From Chiloscyllium plagiosum (lineage: Eukaryota), in NCBI RefSeq assembly GCF_004010195.1, contig NC_057749.1, positions 21,612,331-21,676,330 of the forward strand: 64,000 bases of DNA, given 5' to 3'. Each line of letters opens with the position of its first letter. Position 1 is the stretch's first letter. Made by a program: the position numbers and the translations under genes. The notes below the pieces were generated by a model. It saw only the letters and a program-made list of their open reading frames with translations, did no database searches and had not been told where the DNA came from. This document shows positions 12,801 through 25,179 of this stretch, in pieces.

Positions 12801-13154
12801 ATTGGTCAATATTTTCAGCCCATTTCTCCTTGGCAATTCATAAATTTTGGTGTCCCATATTCCAATTGTCCATCAACCTCAGACAACCTTTGATTCCCCC
12901 ACGTCTGACAGGAATCTATCCACAGCTCTGTGTGTGTGTGTGTAAGACTGAAGTTGCTGTTCCTTTAATGATTAATATCACGTACACTTCCCATGAGCAA
13001 TTCCATACACGCATGTGCACATAGATGCGGGACCACAGCATTTGTGTAAAAAGAAAATTATTCTCCTAATCTCTGGCCTAGAAGGGCAAACCTTCATTTT
13101 AGAACAGCACCATCTAGCTCTGGATCCAACCACTCGATGCACTTCAATCAATTG

Positions 13155-13595
13155 GGCGGCACGGTGGCTCAGTGGTTAGCACTGCTGCCTCACAGCACCA
13201 GGGTCCCAGGTTCGATTCCAGCCTCGGGTGACTGTGTGGAGTTTGCACATTCTCCCCGTGTCTGTGTGGGTTTCCTCCGGGTGCTCCGGTTTCCACCCCC
13301 AATCCAAAGATGTGCAGGAATTGGCCATGCTAAATTGCCCACAGTGTTAGGTGCTTTAGTCAGAGGTAAATATAGGGTAGGGGAATGGGTTTGGGTGGGT
13401 TTCTCTTCAGAGGGGCGGTGTGGACTTGTTGGGCCGAAGGGTCTGTTTCCACACTGTAGAGAATCTAATCTAAATTGCCTGTAGTGCTAAATGCATTGGT
13501 CTGGGAAACGAGTCTGGGTGGGTTGCTCTTTGGAGGGTCGGTGTGGACTGGTTGGGCTGAAGGGCCTGTTTTCACACTGTAGGGAATCTAATCTA
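13155..13595 (+). mobile_element. HE1-like SINE with duplicated 3' half
   Basis: Full copy at 13155-13472, then ctaaattgcc..gggcctgtt..aatctaatct repeated to 13595. Confidence 0.88.
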
Positions 13596-14709
13596 AAGTC
13601 ACCCTTCACTCTTTAAATCTCCAATGGAGACAAGCCCAAACTGCAACTCACTCAACAATCTAGTAAAGTTCCTTTGGGTATCTCTGGCATTTGGAGGTGG
13701 CTCACCACACCATTATTTTTTAAGGACAGTTACAGATAAGCAATAAATGATAACCTATCCATCAGGATGCCGGGGTCCCCTGAATGAAATTAAAATGTCC
13801 AAGATCCCACAACAGCTCGAAATGCCGTGCAGCTGAGATGAGGAACAAGGCACAGGTACTAAGCACAAGGAACCATCTCCCTCAAAAAGGGAACGTAGAA
13901 ACTAGGAAAACCTCGAGGAGGAAGAATGTCAGCACGTAAATATGTGTGTTCTGCAGAAGTAAAATATTGTTTTACGGAACTAACTTAAAGCATCCCAAAA
14001 CAAGTTGAGGCACTCTGTCATGGGAGGGCGCCTGACAGCAAACCCATATAGTGCGGCCGATGACCAAACGCTTAGTCAGAGGGATCGGTTTTCAGACAGG
14101 TGCTTCAAGGCAGAAGGAGAGCCAGTGAGGCAGAGACATTGCGGGAGGGAATTTCAAAGGGTAGCCACTAGGCAGCTGAAGGGTGATGGCGGTCCGAGGG
14201 GGCGGCAGCAGAGTGGAGTGGGAGTGAAGTTGAAACCAGAGGCAGAATGACTCAAAGAGTGACGTGAGCTTGGCTGCTCAGTAACAAGGTTAGAGACTGG
14301 TTGGGAGAGAGACAGAATCCAATGTGCTTACTTCTATCATTGTTAGAAATAGAGTGAGAATGAGAAATCTGATTTTGGTGAGTAGTGGGTAAATTTGTAT
14401 AATTGCTTCCTAAGATTATAGTCTGTAGTCAGTAAGGTTCAAAATGGCAGGAGAACTCAGCTCTGTGGAATACTCTTCCTGCGGTATGTGGGAAACAAGC
14501 CCAATCTGTTCCTCATAAGACAACCAACTCATCAATCGAGGGACACCTCCCAGTGACCATTTGTGCAGGAAGTGTGTTCAGCCACAGCTCCTGATTTGTC
14601 ACCTAGAGTGCCTGGAGCAGTGAATAAACTCACTATGGAACATCCATGAGACCGATAGTGTCATGGATAGAATGTTTAGTGAGTTGGTCGCACCAGCAGT
14701 GAGAGGCCT

Positions 14710-16147
14710 GTCATGACCCACATCAACTCTAGCCTCCCAGCTTGCCTCGATCCCCTGCAGGTTGCCTAGTGGCAAAGTAGGTCCACAGCAGGCACCATTT
14801 CCCTAGCTCTACACTCATCCCTGGAATATCTGGACAACAAGGCCCCCTACCTTTCAAGCACTTACTCATCGACTAAAGCTCTGCCTTCAACACCATAATC
14901 CCTACCAGACTAATCCCAAAACTCCGAGACCCAGGTCTCGGCTCTGTCCTCAGAAATTGGATCCTCAGCTTCCTGATCCAAGGACCAGTGATCAGTGAAG
15001 ATAGACAACAGCACCTCCTCCATGATAACTCTCAACACTGAAGACCCCCAAGAATGAGCTCCCTCCTAAACTCCCTGTACAAACATAACTGTGTAACCAA
15101 ATTCCAAACACACACCATCTACAAGTTTGCAGACGACCACCACCATGGTAGTATCAAGCAATGATGAGTCAGAATAGAGAAAGGAGATAAGGGGGCTGGT
15201 GTTGTGGTGCAATGATAAAAATCTCCCTCTCAATGCCGACAAAGCGAAAGAACTGATCATTGACTTCAGGAAGAGAGGAGGAGAACATGCCCTGTACCTA
15301 CGTCAGCAAAGCTGAGGTAAAGCGGGTCGAGAGCGTCAAGTTCCTCGGAGTGACGATAACTGACAACCTGCCCTGGACCTCCTGCGTAGATGCTACAATC
15401 AAGAAGGCACAACAAGGGCTCCTCTTCTTCGGGCAGTTCAGGAAATTCAGCATGTCCATAAGGACCCTCACCAAGTCCTGTAGATGCATTCTATCCAGGT
15501 GCAATACAGCCTGATACAACTGCTCTGCCCAGGACTGTAAGAAACTAAAGAAGGTTGTGTGCACAGCCCAGATGATCACGGAAGCCAACCTCCCATCCAT
15601 GGACTCCATTTATGCACCTTGTTGTGGCGGAAAGGCTGCCTACATTATCAAAGACCCCTCCCACCTCAGTCATGCTCTCTTCCTACCTCTTCCACCAGGC
15701 AGAAATTACAGAAGCTTGAACACAGGCATCAACAGGTTCAAGAACAGCTTCTTCCCTGCCGTTACTGGACTGATGAATGGACCAGGCGAAAGTGAGGACT
15801 GCAGATGTTGGAGATCATAGTCTAGATTAGAGTGGTGCTGGAAAAGCACAGAAAGTCAGGCAGCGGCTGAGGAGCAGGAAAATCGACATTTCGGGCAAAA
15901 GCCCTTCATCCTAATGTTGGTTTTTGCCCGAAACATTGATTTTCCTGCTCCCCTGATGAATGGACCACTCTAACTACAAATAATGTTGATCTTGCTTTGT
16001 ACACTTGCTGTGCGGCTGTAACCTTGTACACCTTGCCTGTCTAAGCACCCTATTATCTCCATGTCCTACAATCTGCCGGTACTGCTCGCAAAACAAATCT
16101 TTTCACTGTACTTAGGTACATATGACTGCAATAAATTAAATCAAATC
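14710..16147 (+). mobile_element. Rex1/Babar-like LINE 3' half
   Basis: IYKFADD.T..SSNDESE, KELIIDFRK, VESVKFLGVTITDNL.W, IIKDPSH.SHALF..LP.GR.YRS..RFKNSFFPA, and an (AATCA)n-like tail. Confidence 0.8.
15785..15952 (-). mobile_element. Fold-back short PLE insertion with 15-bp TSD
   Basis: TSD ctgatgaatggacca at 15770-15784 and 15953-15967. The minus-strand PLE terminus ends in the ribozyme (gcccttcatc), followed by an inverted ttttgcccgaaacattgattttcctgctc. Confidence 0.85.
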
Positions 16148-17989
16148 AGAATCCTGGCAGGAAGTTTTTATGGTGCAACTCTGGAGGGTTTAAATTAANN
16201 NNNNNNNNNNNNNNNNNNNNNNNNNNNNNNNNNNNNNNNNNNNNNNNAGAGGGGGGGGGGGGGGGTGGGGGGTGGGGGGGGGGGGGGGGGGGGGGGGTAG
16301 GAAATAGGTCAGGATATGGAGTGCTTGATGAGAAGAGAGGGCTAAATCAAATAAGGCTGATGGGAAGAGCAGGCAGGTGCAGATTAATGAAGATGGCAGG
16401 GCTAGTAATCCGAAGTGTATTTATTTTATGGGAAGATGGATAACAGATAAGGCAGATGAGCTGAGAGCCTGAATTAGTAAATGGGACTACATTGTGGTGG
16501 CCATTACAGAGACTTGTTGAGGGAAGGGCAAGACTGGCAGTTCAACGTTTCAGGTATGATAGAGAGGGATTTAAAGGGGAGGGGGGGAAGTTGCATTACT
16601 GATTAAGAGAATGATGGAGCTGTACTAACAGAGGACATCATGGAGGGCTCGTCCAGCGAGGTCATATGGTAGAACTCAGAATGAAAAAGGTGCAATCACT
16701 ACAATGGGATTATATTATAGGCCTCCCAATAGAGAGCAGGAATTAGGGGAACAGATATGTAAGCAGATCATGGGAAAATATAATGAGTGATCTGAATTGC
16801 CCCAATATTGAGGAGTCCCTTAGTGCCAGGGCCTTGGATTGGGCAGAACCTGGGAGCTGCCAATCTAGTTTAAACCCTCCTAAAAAAACTCTAGCAAACC
16901 TCCTGCCGAGGATATTGGTGTCCCTCCCGTCCTCCTTGTACAGGTCCCACCTTCCCCAGAAGGTATCCCAATGATCCACAAATCCTAAGGATGGATTCTT
17001 GAAACAACATGTAGATAGTCTGACTCGGGAAGCGACTATATTAGACCTTGGACTAGGAAGTGAGCCTGAGGCAGTGGAGGAGCATTTTGGGAACAAGTGG
17101 TGAGTTTTAAAATAGTTATGGGGAAAGGATAAGACCGACCCCATCAGGTGAAAGTGCTTAACCGTATTTGGCAGGGACTGAAGAAATTAGATTGGAGGTG
17201 GCTGTTTGAGGGTAGATCAACCTCAGACACAGGGGAGTCTTTTAACAGCCAGTTGACCAGAGTTCAGGTCCAGCATGATCCTGTGAGGATGCATAAGAAT
17301 GGCAAAATTCAGGAACCTTGGATGACGAATAATGTTGTAAAAAGAAAGAGGAAACATCCGTGAGGTTTAGAAAACAGGAACTAAACAATGACGTTGGGTA
17401 GCAGAAAGGAATCAGGAATTAACTTAAAAAAGAAAGTAAGATGACGAGAAGGAGCCGTGACATGTCCTTGGAAGTTAGAATTAAGGAGAATCCAAAAGCA
17501 TTTTATTCATATATTAGAAGCAAGTGAGTATGAAGGGAAAAGGTAGGTCCACTCAAGAACAAAGGAGGGAATTTATATTTGTCACCAGAGGAAATGGATG
17601 AGGTCCCTAATGAGAATGTCATGTTGGTATTCACCAGGGAGAAGGATATGGATGCTGATAAGATAGGGACGTGTTTGTTGCTATTCTAGGACATGACGAT
17701 ATTCAGGAGCTGTTGGGCGTCTTGTGAAACATCAAAGTAGTTAAATCCACAGGTCCTGATAGGCTCAATCCCAGAATACTGAGGGAGGAAAGGGAGGATA
17801 TCGATGAGGCCTTGACAGAGAACTTTGCATCCTGTTTAGGCACAGCAATTGTGCCAACACCGGAGTCAATGTTGACCCTTTGTTCAAGAAGGGCAACAGG
17901 GATAATGCAGGAAATTATAGGCAAGTGAGCCATCCATCAGTGCTGGGAAATTATTGCAGAAGGTTCTCAGGGACAGGATTTACTTGCAT

Positions 17990-20735
17990 ATAGATTCATA
18001 GAGTCACACAGCACAGAAACAGACTCTTCACACCAACTCGTTCATGCTGACCAGATTTTCCACACTAGTTCAATTTGCCTATATTTAGCCCACAACCCTC
18101 TTAACCTTTTCTATTCATATACCTGTCCAAATGTCTTTTAAATTTTGTAATGGTATCTGCATCTACCACTTCCTTTGGCAGTTCATTCCATACACGCACC
18201 ACCCTGTGTGTGAAAAGATTGCTCCAAAGTCCCTTTTAAATCTTTCTCCTCTCACCTTAAACCTATGCCCCCTTATCTTTGACTCCCTACCCTAGGAAAA
18301 AGACCTTGGCTAGTCACTGTATCTATGTCCCTATGATTTTATGAACCTCTATAAGGTCACCCCTCAATCTCCTACGCTGCAGTGAAAAATCCACCTTCTC
18401 CTGATAACTCAACCCTCCAATCCTGTTTGTAATCTTGGTAATTATTTTCTGAACCCTCTCCTGTTTAATAATATCCTTCCTATAATGGGGAAACACATAA
18501 ACCCATCACACTTACTGCACCTTTGCCTATCAACTGACTATTCCTCCTCACAGACTCTCTGCACACTGTACCTGCCTGTTCACCAGCTACCCCATCCTCT
18601 GACCCATAGCTCCAGTTCCCAGCCCCCTGCCAAACTAGTTTAAACCCTCCCGAAGTGCGCTAGCAAACCTCCTGCCCAGGATATTGGTGCCCCTCCAGTT
18701 CAGGTGCAACCTGTCATCCTTGTGCCGGTCCCACCTTCCCCAGAAAGTATCCCAATGATTCACCTATCTGAATCCCTCCCTCCTACACCAGCTTTGCAGC
18801 CACGTGTTCAGCTGCACTCGCTCTCTGTTCCTAGCCTCACTAGCCTATGGCACCAGGAGCAATCCTGAGATTACTACTCTGCTCATCCTGCATTTTAGCT
18901 TCCAACCTAACTCCCTCTATTCACTTTTCAGGTCCTCATCCCTTTCCCGAGCTATGCTGTTGATACCGATTGTATACCACGAATTCTGGCTGCTCACCCT
19001 CCCCCTTAAGAATCCTGTAGACTCGATTCGAGATATCCCTGATCCTGTTTCTATGGAAAACAAGGGAAGAGATTGCTGCACATTTGGTGGTGATCTTTGC
19101 ATCCTCACTGTCCACAGGAGGACTGCCAGATGTTTGGAGGGTGGCAAATGCTATTCTCTTTTCAAGAAAGGGAATAAGGATAACCCTGGAAATTACAGAC
19201 TAGTCAGTCTTACACCAGCAGTGGGCAAAATATTGGAGAGGATTCTGAGGGAAAACATCTATGCTTATTTGGAAAAGCAGAGTTTGATTAGAGACAGTCA
19301 GCGTGGCTTTGTGAGGGACAGGTCATGCCTAGCAAGCCTTATTGAATTCTTTGAGGATGTGACAAAACACATTGATGAAGGTAGAGCAGTGGATGTGGTG
19401 TATGTGGATTTTAGCAAGGTGTTTATTAAGGTTCCCTCTGGTAGGCACATTCAGAAAGTAAGAAGACATGGGATACAGGGGGAAATTTGGCTATCTGGAT
19501 ACAGAATTGGCTGGCCCAAAGAAGACTGAGGGTGGTGGTAGATGGAAAGTATTCAGCCTGGAGCTCAGTAACTAGTGGTGTTCTACAGGGATCTCTTCTG
19601 GGACCTCTGTTCTGTGTAGTTTTTATAAATGACTTGTATGAGGAAGTGGAACGGTGGGTTAGTAAGTTTGCCAATGACACAAAGGTTGGTGGAGTCATGG
19701 ATAGTGTGGAGGGCTTTTGTAGTTTGCAGTGGGACATTGACAGGATGCAGAGCTGGGCTGAGAAGTGGCAGATGGAGTTCAACCTGGAAAAGTGTGAAGT
19801 GATTCATTTTGAAAGGTTGAATTTGAATGCAGATTATAGGGTTATTGACAGGATTTTTGGTAGTGTGGAGGAACAGAAGGATCTTGGGGTTCATATCCAT
19901 AGATCCCTCAAAGTTGCCACTTAAGAAGATGTATAGTGCGTTGGCTTTCATTAGCAGGGGGTTTGAGTTTAAGAGCCATCCTGCAGCTCTAAAAAGCCCT
20001 GGTTAGACCATACTTGGAATATTGTGTTCAATTCTGGTCGCCTCATTATAGGAAGTATATGGAAACTTTTGAGAGGGTGCAGAGGAGATTTACGAGGATG
20101 CTGCCTGGACTGGAGGGTGTGTCTTATGAAGAAAGGTTGAGGGAGCTAGGGCTTTTCTCACTGGAATGAAGAAGGATGAGAGGTGACATGATAGAGGTGT
20201 ACAAGATGATGAGAGGCAGAGATAGAGTGGATAGCCAGAGACTTTCTCCCAGGGCAGAAATTGCTATCATGAGGGGGTATGATTTTGAGGTGATTAGAGG
20301 AAGGTTTAGGGAAGATGTCAGAGGTAGGTTCTTAACACAGAGAGTGGTTGGTGCGTGGAATGTACTGCCAGCAGTGGGAGTAGAGTCAGCTACATTAGGG
20401 ACATTTTAGCAATTCTTGGATAGGCACATCGATTATAGTAAAATGAAGGGTATGCAGGTTAGTTTGTTCTGAGAGTAAGATAAGAAGTTGGCGCAACATC
20501 GAGGGCCGAAGGGCCTGTACTGTGAGGACTGTTCTGTGCTGTAACCAAAACTGCACAGAGTACTACAAAAGTGACAACACCAATGTCTTGTACAACCTCA
20601 ACATGATATTCCAACTCCTATACTCAATGGTTTGAGCAATGAAGGCAAGCATGCTAAAAGCTTTCTTACCACCCTGTCTACCTGTGACACAACTTTCAAA
20701 GAACTATGTACCCATACCCCCAGGTCTCTCTGTTT
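17990..20735 (-). mobile_element. CR1 3' fragment (17990-18490 plus 20543-20735) split by a younger 5'-inverted CR1
   Basis: atccttcctataatgggg (18490) resumes as aaccaaaactgcacagagtac (20543), as in the intact copies at 29030-29070 and 35925-35955. Confidence 0.75.
18491..20542 (+). mobile_element. CR1 LINE with inverted ORF1 segment (18491-19045, minus) fused to ORF2 RT/3' end (19046-20542, plus)
   Basis: The plus part encodes FKKGNKDNPGNYRLVSLT, QRGFVRDRSCL.SLIEFFE, DVVYVDFSKVF, GVLQGSLLGPL, KFANDTK. The minus part matches the SGNH-esterase ORF1 segment at 16852-16990. Confidence 0.88.
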
Positions 20736-21494
20736 GAAGCTGTAACTTCTTTAGCTCTTGAAACCAGGGTCTGGTCAGAAATCTCAAGCTCCAATGTTAT
20801 CCCTGGCTCAGGGACAGTAGTCCCAAGCTCAATACACATCCTATTCACAGACCTCCCTATGATCCAGGCCTTCTCTTGTCCTACTGCTAGATTCCAATCA
20901 TTGTTTCCCTGGCTCGTTGGAAAAATCAATTGTCTTTTTCAATGTTTGTCTGCGTGGCTAACATAGTGAAGTTCCACATGCTTTTGTCCCAAGAGTTGAC
21001 TCAGAGTGGTAGCATTCGAAGGACAAAGGGAGACTCTTTCTCACACCGTCGAGGCACTCAGGTAGAGCAGGTGAACAGTACCAGGAGATGCGTATTGCTT
21101 AAAATAAGAGTCAGGTATCTTCTGCAACTGAATTATTGATGTTCAGCATTGTTGCGTTTGTGCTAACTCATGCTCTTATTTTGTTTGTGGCAACAGAGAA
21201 ATGGGTTATCAGGGCGTGATAAAGAGATAGGGGATAAGTTTCACTTTGAACAGAGCCGAAAACTTGCAGTATCAAAAGAAGCCCTCACTGTACATTTTGT
21301 CAGTCATACATCCCACAGGAAGGAAATTCGGATAGGGTGTATAATGTGAGGCTTGATCTGTCACCTTTTCAGCCTGTCAAAGTTGAAAGTTACTTGTCGT
21401 GAGTTCTTCTCTGTAATCAATAGAGAAACAGCAAGCAGTTGGGGATTTTCTGGTTCAAGGTTGGGAGGCTAACATGGGAAGTGCAATGTCAAGG

Positions 21495-21900
21495 GTTAAG
21501 TGCCTCTCTGAAATAATGAACTTGAGAGAGAAAAATGCCTCTGTGAAGTGGGGAAAAGTTCAGTGTCCCTCTGAGTTGGGGCAAACATTAGGGCCAAAAG
21601 TGTCTCCATGAAACGGGGAAAGGTTAGGGCAGGACGTGCTTCTGAGAATTGTAACAATGTGAGGCATAATAAAGTGTTTGTAAAGTGGTGAAAGATTAGG
21701 GTAGAGTATGCCTTTCTGAAATGCTTAGGCTGGGAAGTGAGGTGGGGAGTGCCTCTGTAGCGTTAGGGTAGAGAATATCTGTGTGAAGTGAGAAAAGGTT
21801 AGATAGAGAATGCCTTTGGAAAATGGGGAAGTTTACAACGGACAGTAACTGTGTGAAATGAGGGAAAGTTCAGAAGGTGCCTCCAGGAAATGGGGAAAGG
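21495..21900 (+). repeat. Degenerate 36-bp G-rich minisatellite containing TTAGGG
   Basis: Unit approximately gagtgcctctgtgaaatggggaaaggttagggcag. TTAGGG at 21588, 21624, 21696 and 21763, with ttagat at 21799; spacings include 36, 72 and 36. Confidence 0.65.
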
Positions 21901-22067
21901 CCAACGAGTGACTCTTATTTCTGAAGGTTCAGCCAGCTAATTCAAGTAGCAACTTCAGTTTTAATCAAAATCACAAATTTAAGGAATTTCAAAGTTAGTA
22001 ATAATTTCTTCAATTTTTGACATAACTGTGTGTGAGACTTTGATTTCCTGACATCATTGTAGCAATG

Positions 22068-22170
22068 AGATGCTGGAGATCAGAGTCAAGTGTGGTGCTG
22101 GAAAAGCACAACAGGTCAGGCAGCATCCAAGGAACAGGAGAATCGACGTTTTGAGCAGAGGCTCTTCATC
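22068..22170 (-). mobile_element. Short PLE family-1 terminus with variant hammerhead
   Basis: Minus strand ttgatgaa-GAGC-ctct-GCTC-aaaacgtcgatt: stem II is GAGC/GCTC rather than GGGC/GCCC, and the core is mutated. Confidence 0.75.
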
Positions 22171-23574
22171 AATAATGTACTGTCTATTTTTCAAAACTGT
22201 GAGGGAGAAAAACTTAAAGTACTTTTTGGCTTTTGCACTTTTTATTCAAACAGAAGATGGTTTGTATCTTTTTATAACCTTGCCTCTGTTAAATGGTCCA
22301 CAATCCATTTAACCTTCATACATTAAAATGCACTTCCATTTCTCCCCCATAGACGCTTTTCAGGTTTGTTTTGATAAATGGGAAAAAGATATCTGATTAA
22401 ACTAAAATGTAACCTATTAATAGCTTTCTATATCAGTTGTACTGTGATGGGGTTTTTGATAACTGCCAAGCTGACTCACTTCAAAGAGCTTCTTTATAAT
22501 TCTCACAGGTAGCAACTTGTACCAGACTGCCTTAATTTGAATGAATTTATTATCACCATTCTATTTCAGGTCATTGTTGTTCTGTGAAATGCAAATCTTA
22601 TTTTAGTTATTGCCTGTCAACAGATACGCTGTGTGTTAGAAAACATGAGAACAATGTGCATTTTAACAAATTCCACATTAGCTGTCAGCCAACTCGTAGC
22701 TGAACAGAACTCTGACAACAGTCAGTTTTATTGTGTTCCTGAACTGAGTTATGCTCTGAAATGCGCTCATTGAATGGGTTGGTTGTGGCAAATTAGTTGA
22801 CTAGCGTTCAAAAGGAATTGAATGGGCACTTATATGGGAGAAAATTGCAGGCCACAGGCCAAGGATTGGGACCAGCTAAATTGCTCCTGCAGTGAGCCAA
22901 TATGGTTTGAAAGGTTGACTAGCCTCCTGTTCTGTGATTATTCTATTCTATGAATCTACATAAGGCTATATGTCACTACATTAAGTCAGGTAGGCCAACG
23001 TTTTTGCTACATGCAGTTTTGGTTATTTTGCCAATCATTCTAATTCGGTATCTTAAATTTCTTGACCCCTGTGCAAATGAGAGTGGTTCTTCTCTATCTG
23101 TTCTGTGTAGACCCATCATGCTTTTGACAACCTCTATAAAATCTCCTGTCAGGCCTCGCCAGTCGACCCATGTAACTGAAGTCCCACTTCCTTAAAATCA
23201 TTCTCGTATTTCTATTCTACTACCTTTTAACTCTTTCACACCCCTCGTCAAAATATGGTGACCAGAATTGGACTCAATCCTCCAACTGAGGCTAAACCGG
23301 CAGTTTCATAAAGATCCACCATAAATTTCTTGTATTTGTATTTTACGTCTGGAAATCGTGCAAATTTCCTGATGCAAATGTAAAGTAGTGGGTGATGATA
23401 AGACGCTATCAATACGATATCATGATGTCAGCTCCCAAATTGCAGGAGTGAACAAGCGAGAAAAGCAAACACCCATGGTCCATTTTGTAATCTCTACGAA
23501 GTAAGGTATTATCCTTGTGGACAACCCAATTTGCCCACAATTTTCTCAGTGCCTGTTGCATTTTCTGGACATTG

Positions 23575-23890
23575 GATGTGAAAGTTTCGAGAGTCTTTTA
23601 CGTGAAATATAATGAAGCTAACCCGAGAATGCAACTTTAAAAAAAAGGGTTTTGTGATTTGCACATGAAAGAAGTGAAACTATCACTGTATTCTAACAGA
23701 TGAAAGGCTTAACAGACAATCAATTCTTCAATGTATAATTTCAGTTACATCACACTGTAAATTTTTGCTATAAATTCTGTGTTACGATCGAGCCCTCCAC
23801 AATCACCTGATGAAGGAGCGTCGCTCCGAAAGCTAGTGTGCTTCCAATTAAACCTGTTGGACTATAACCTGGTGTTGTGTGATTTTTAAC
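23575..23890 (+). mobile_element. PLE family-2 3' terminus
   Basis: Near-identical, as an inverted copy, to 30863-31057. Contains an intact hammerhead motif. Confidence 0.85.
23804..23838 (+). ncRNA. Minimal type I hammerhead ribozyme motif (family 2)
   Basis: cac-CTGATGA-a-GGAGC-gtc-GCTCC-GAAA-gc-TA-gtg: stem I cac/gtg, 5-bp stem II, palindromic AGCT stem III. Confidence 0.8.
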
Positions 23891-24504
23891 TTGATTCTCC
23901 TGGGGAAAGAGATTTCCTTTTTTTTTTGATGACATCTTTTATATTTTGTGCAAGTTTAATGAGGAAGAAAGACTCCTTCTCAGGGCAAAGGACTTTTACT
24001 GCTCTCGCCACAACTGACTTCCAATTCACAATCTTATCCCTCTGCTGAATGATGTCCCAGGCTACAATGCTGATTGAGCATGGAGTCCACCCCCACAACT
24101 TTTGTTCCTCTCGTTGCCCTTCCTGATAGACAGCTGCTAATTGGTTATCCAACACTTAAAAAATTATATACAAGTGCACCCTTCAGTTGTGGGTCTGCTT
24201 CTCATGCCCCACAGAAATCTATAAAATCCACCCTGTGTCTATTTACAAAGCTCAGCATTGCCTAAGGCTTTTTAACAGTTTCTCAACCTATCTGCAACAT
24301 TCAGTTATTTGGGCACCTCTGTTCTAAGGTATCTCTTTTCCTGCACCCCCTTATGTTTACCTCAGTCCTCCTATCAAAATGTATTGCTTCACATTGTCCA
24401 CATTAAAATATTGACCCATTCTACCAGCCTGCCTATATCCTCTTGAACTGGAAATGTGTTGCTGGAAAAGCGCAGCAGGTCAGGCAGCATCCAGGGAACA
24501 GGAG

Positions 24505-24540
24505 AATCGACGTTTCGGGCATAAGCCCTTCTTCAGGAAT
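24505..24540 (-). ncRNA. Minimal type I hammerhead ribozyme motif (family 1)
   Basis: Minus strand attc-CTGAAGA-a-GGGC-ttat-GCCC-GAAAC-GTC-gatt. Confidence 0.8.
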
Positions 24541-24869
24541 GGGGAAAGTGTGTCCAGCAGGCTAAGATAAAAGGTAGGGAGGAGGGACTTGGGGGAAGGG
24601 CGTTGGAAATGCAATAGGTGAAAAGAGGTCAAAGTGAGGGTGATAGGTCAGACTGGGGTGGGGGCGGAGAGGTCGGGAAGAAGATCTCAGGTTAGGAAGG
24701 CGGTGCTGAATTTGATGGCCTGAGATCTTCTTCCCGACCTCTCCGCCCCCACCCCAGTCTGACCTATCACCCTCACCTTGACCTCTTTCCACCTATCACA
24801 TTTCCGACGCCCCTCCCCCAAGTCCCTCCTCCCTACCTTTTATCTTAGCCTGCTGGACACACTTTCCTC

Positions 24870-24905
24870 ATTCCTGAAGAAGGGCTTATGCCCGAAACGT
24901 CGATT
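24870..24905 (+). ncRNA. Minimal type I hammerhead ribozyme motif (family 1)
   Basis: attc-CTGAAGA-a-GGGC-ttat-GCCC-GAAAC-GTC-gatt; predicted cleavage after C24901. Confidence 0.8.
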
Positions 24906-25179
24906 CTCCTGTTCCCTGGATGCTGCCTGACCTGCTGCGCTTTTCCAGCAACACATTTCCAGCTCTGATCTCCAGCATCTGCAGACCTCACTTTTTCCTC
25001 AAAGATATATCCTCTTGAAATCTGTCACTATCCTCACGGCTATACTCTAAGTTTTGCATCTTCTACAAATTTCAAACTTGTGCTCTGAGAACCTCAGTTT
25101 CAGTCATTAATATGTATCAAGCAAAACTAACTCTAATGACAAAATTGGTAAATTGGTTGTGGCTCAATGAATAGTCATG

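Larger units (their letters stand above)
14290..17990 (+). mobile_element. Near full-length decayed CR1 LINE (ORF1 start, ORF1 end, endonuclease, RT start), interrupted by a Rex1/Babar-like element
   Basis: ORF1-like MAGELSSVEYSSCGMWE..HLCRKC at ~14443-14580. Endonuclease-like motifs DELRA.IS.WDYIVVAITET and YYRPPN at 16450-16730. KENPKAFYSYIR and KSTGPD linker motifs. Confidence 0.75.
24448..25005. mobile_element. Young fold-back PLE insertion: 244-bp inverted arms, 27-bp spacer, 14-bp TSD
   Basis: Arms at 24448-24691 and 24719-24962. TSD tatatcctcttgaa at 24434-24447 and 25006-25019. Confidence 0.92.

Noticed and set aside
15770..15784. ctgatga in this TSD as another hammerhead
   Set aside because: It is part of the Rex1/Babar coding end and has no stem II or GAAA following.
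16248..16297. Long poly-G / G-quadruplex
   Set aside because: It abuts an N gap, so its length is unreliable. It coincides with a G-rich spot at the CR1 ORF1 end.
18804..19924. Functional reverse transcriptase gene (also 36516-37968)
   Set aside because: These are frameshifted, truncated CR1/PLE remnants with damaged catalytic motifs (KFAND, RYIDN).
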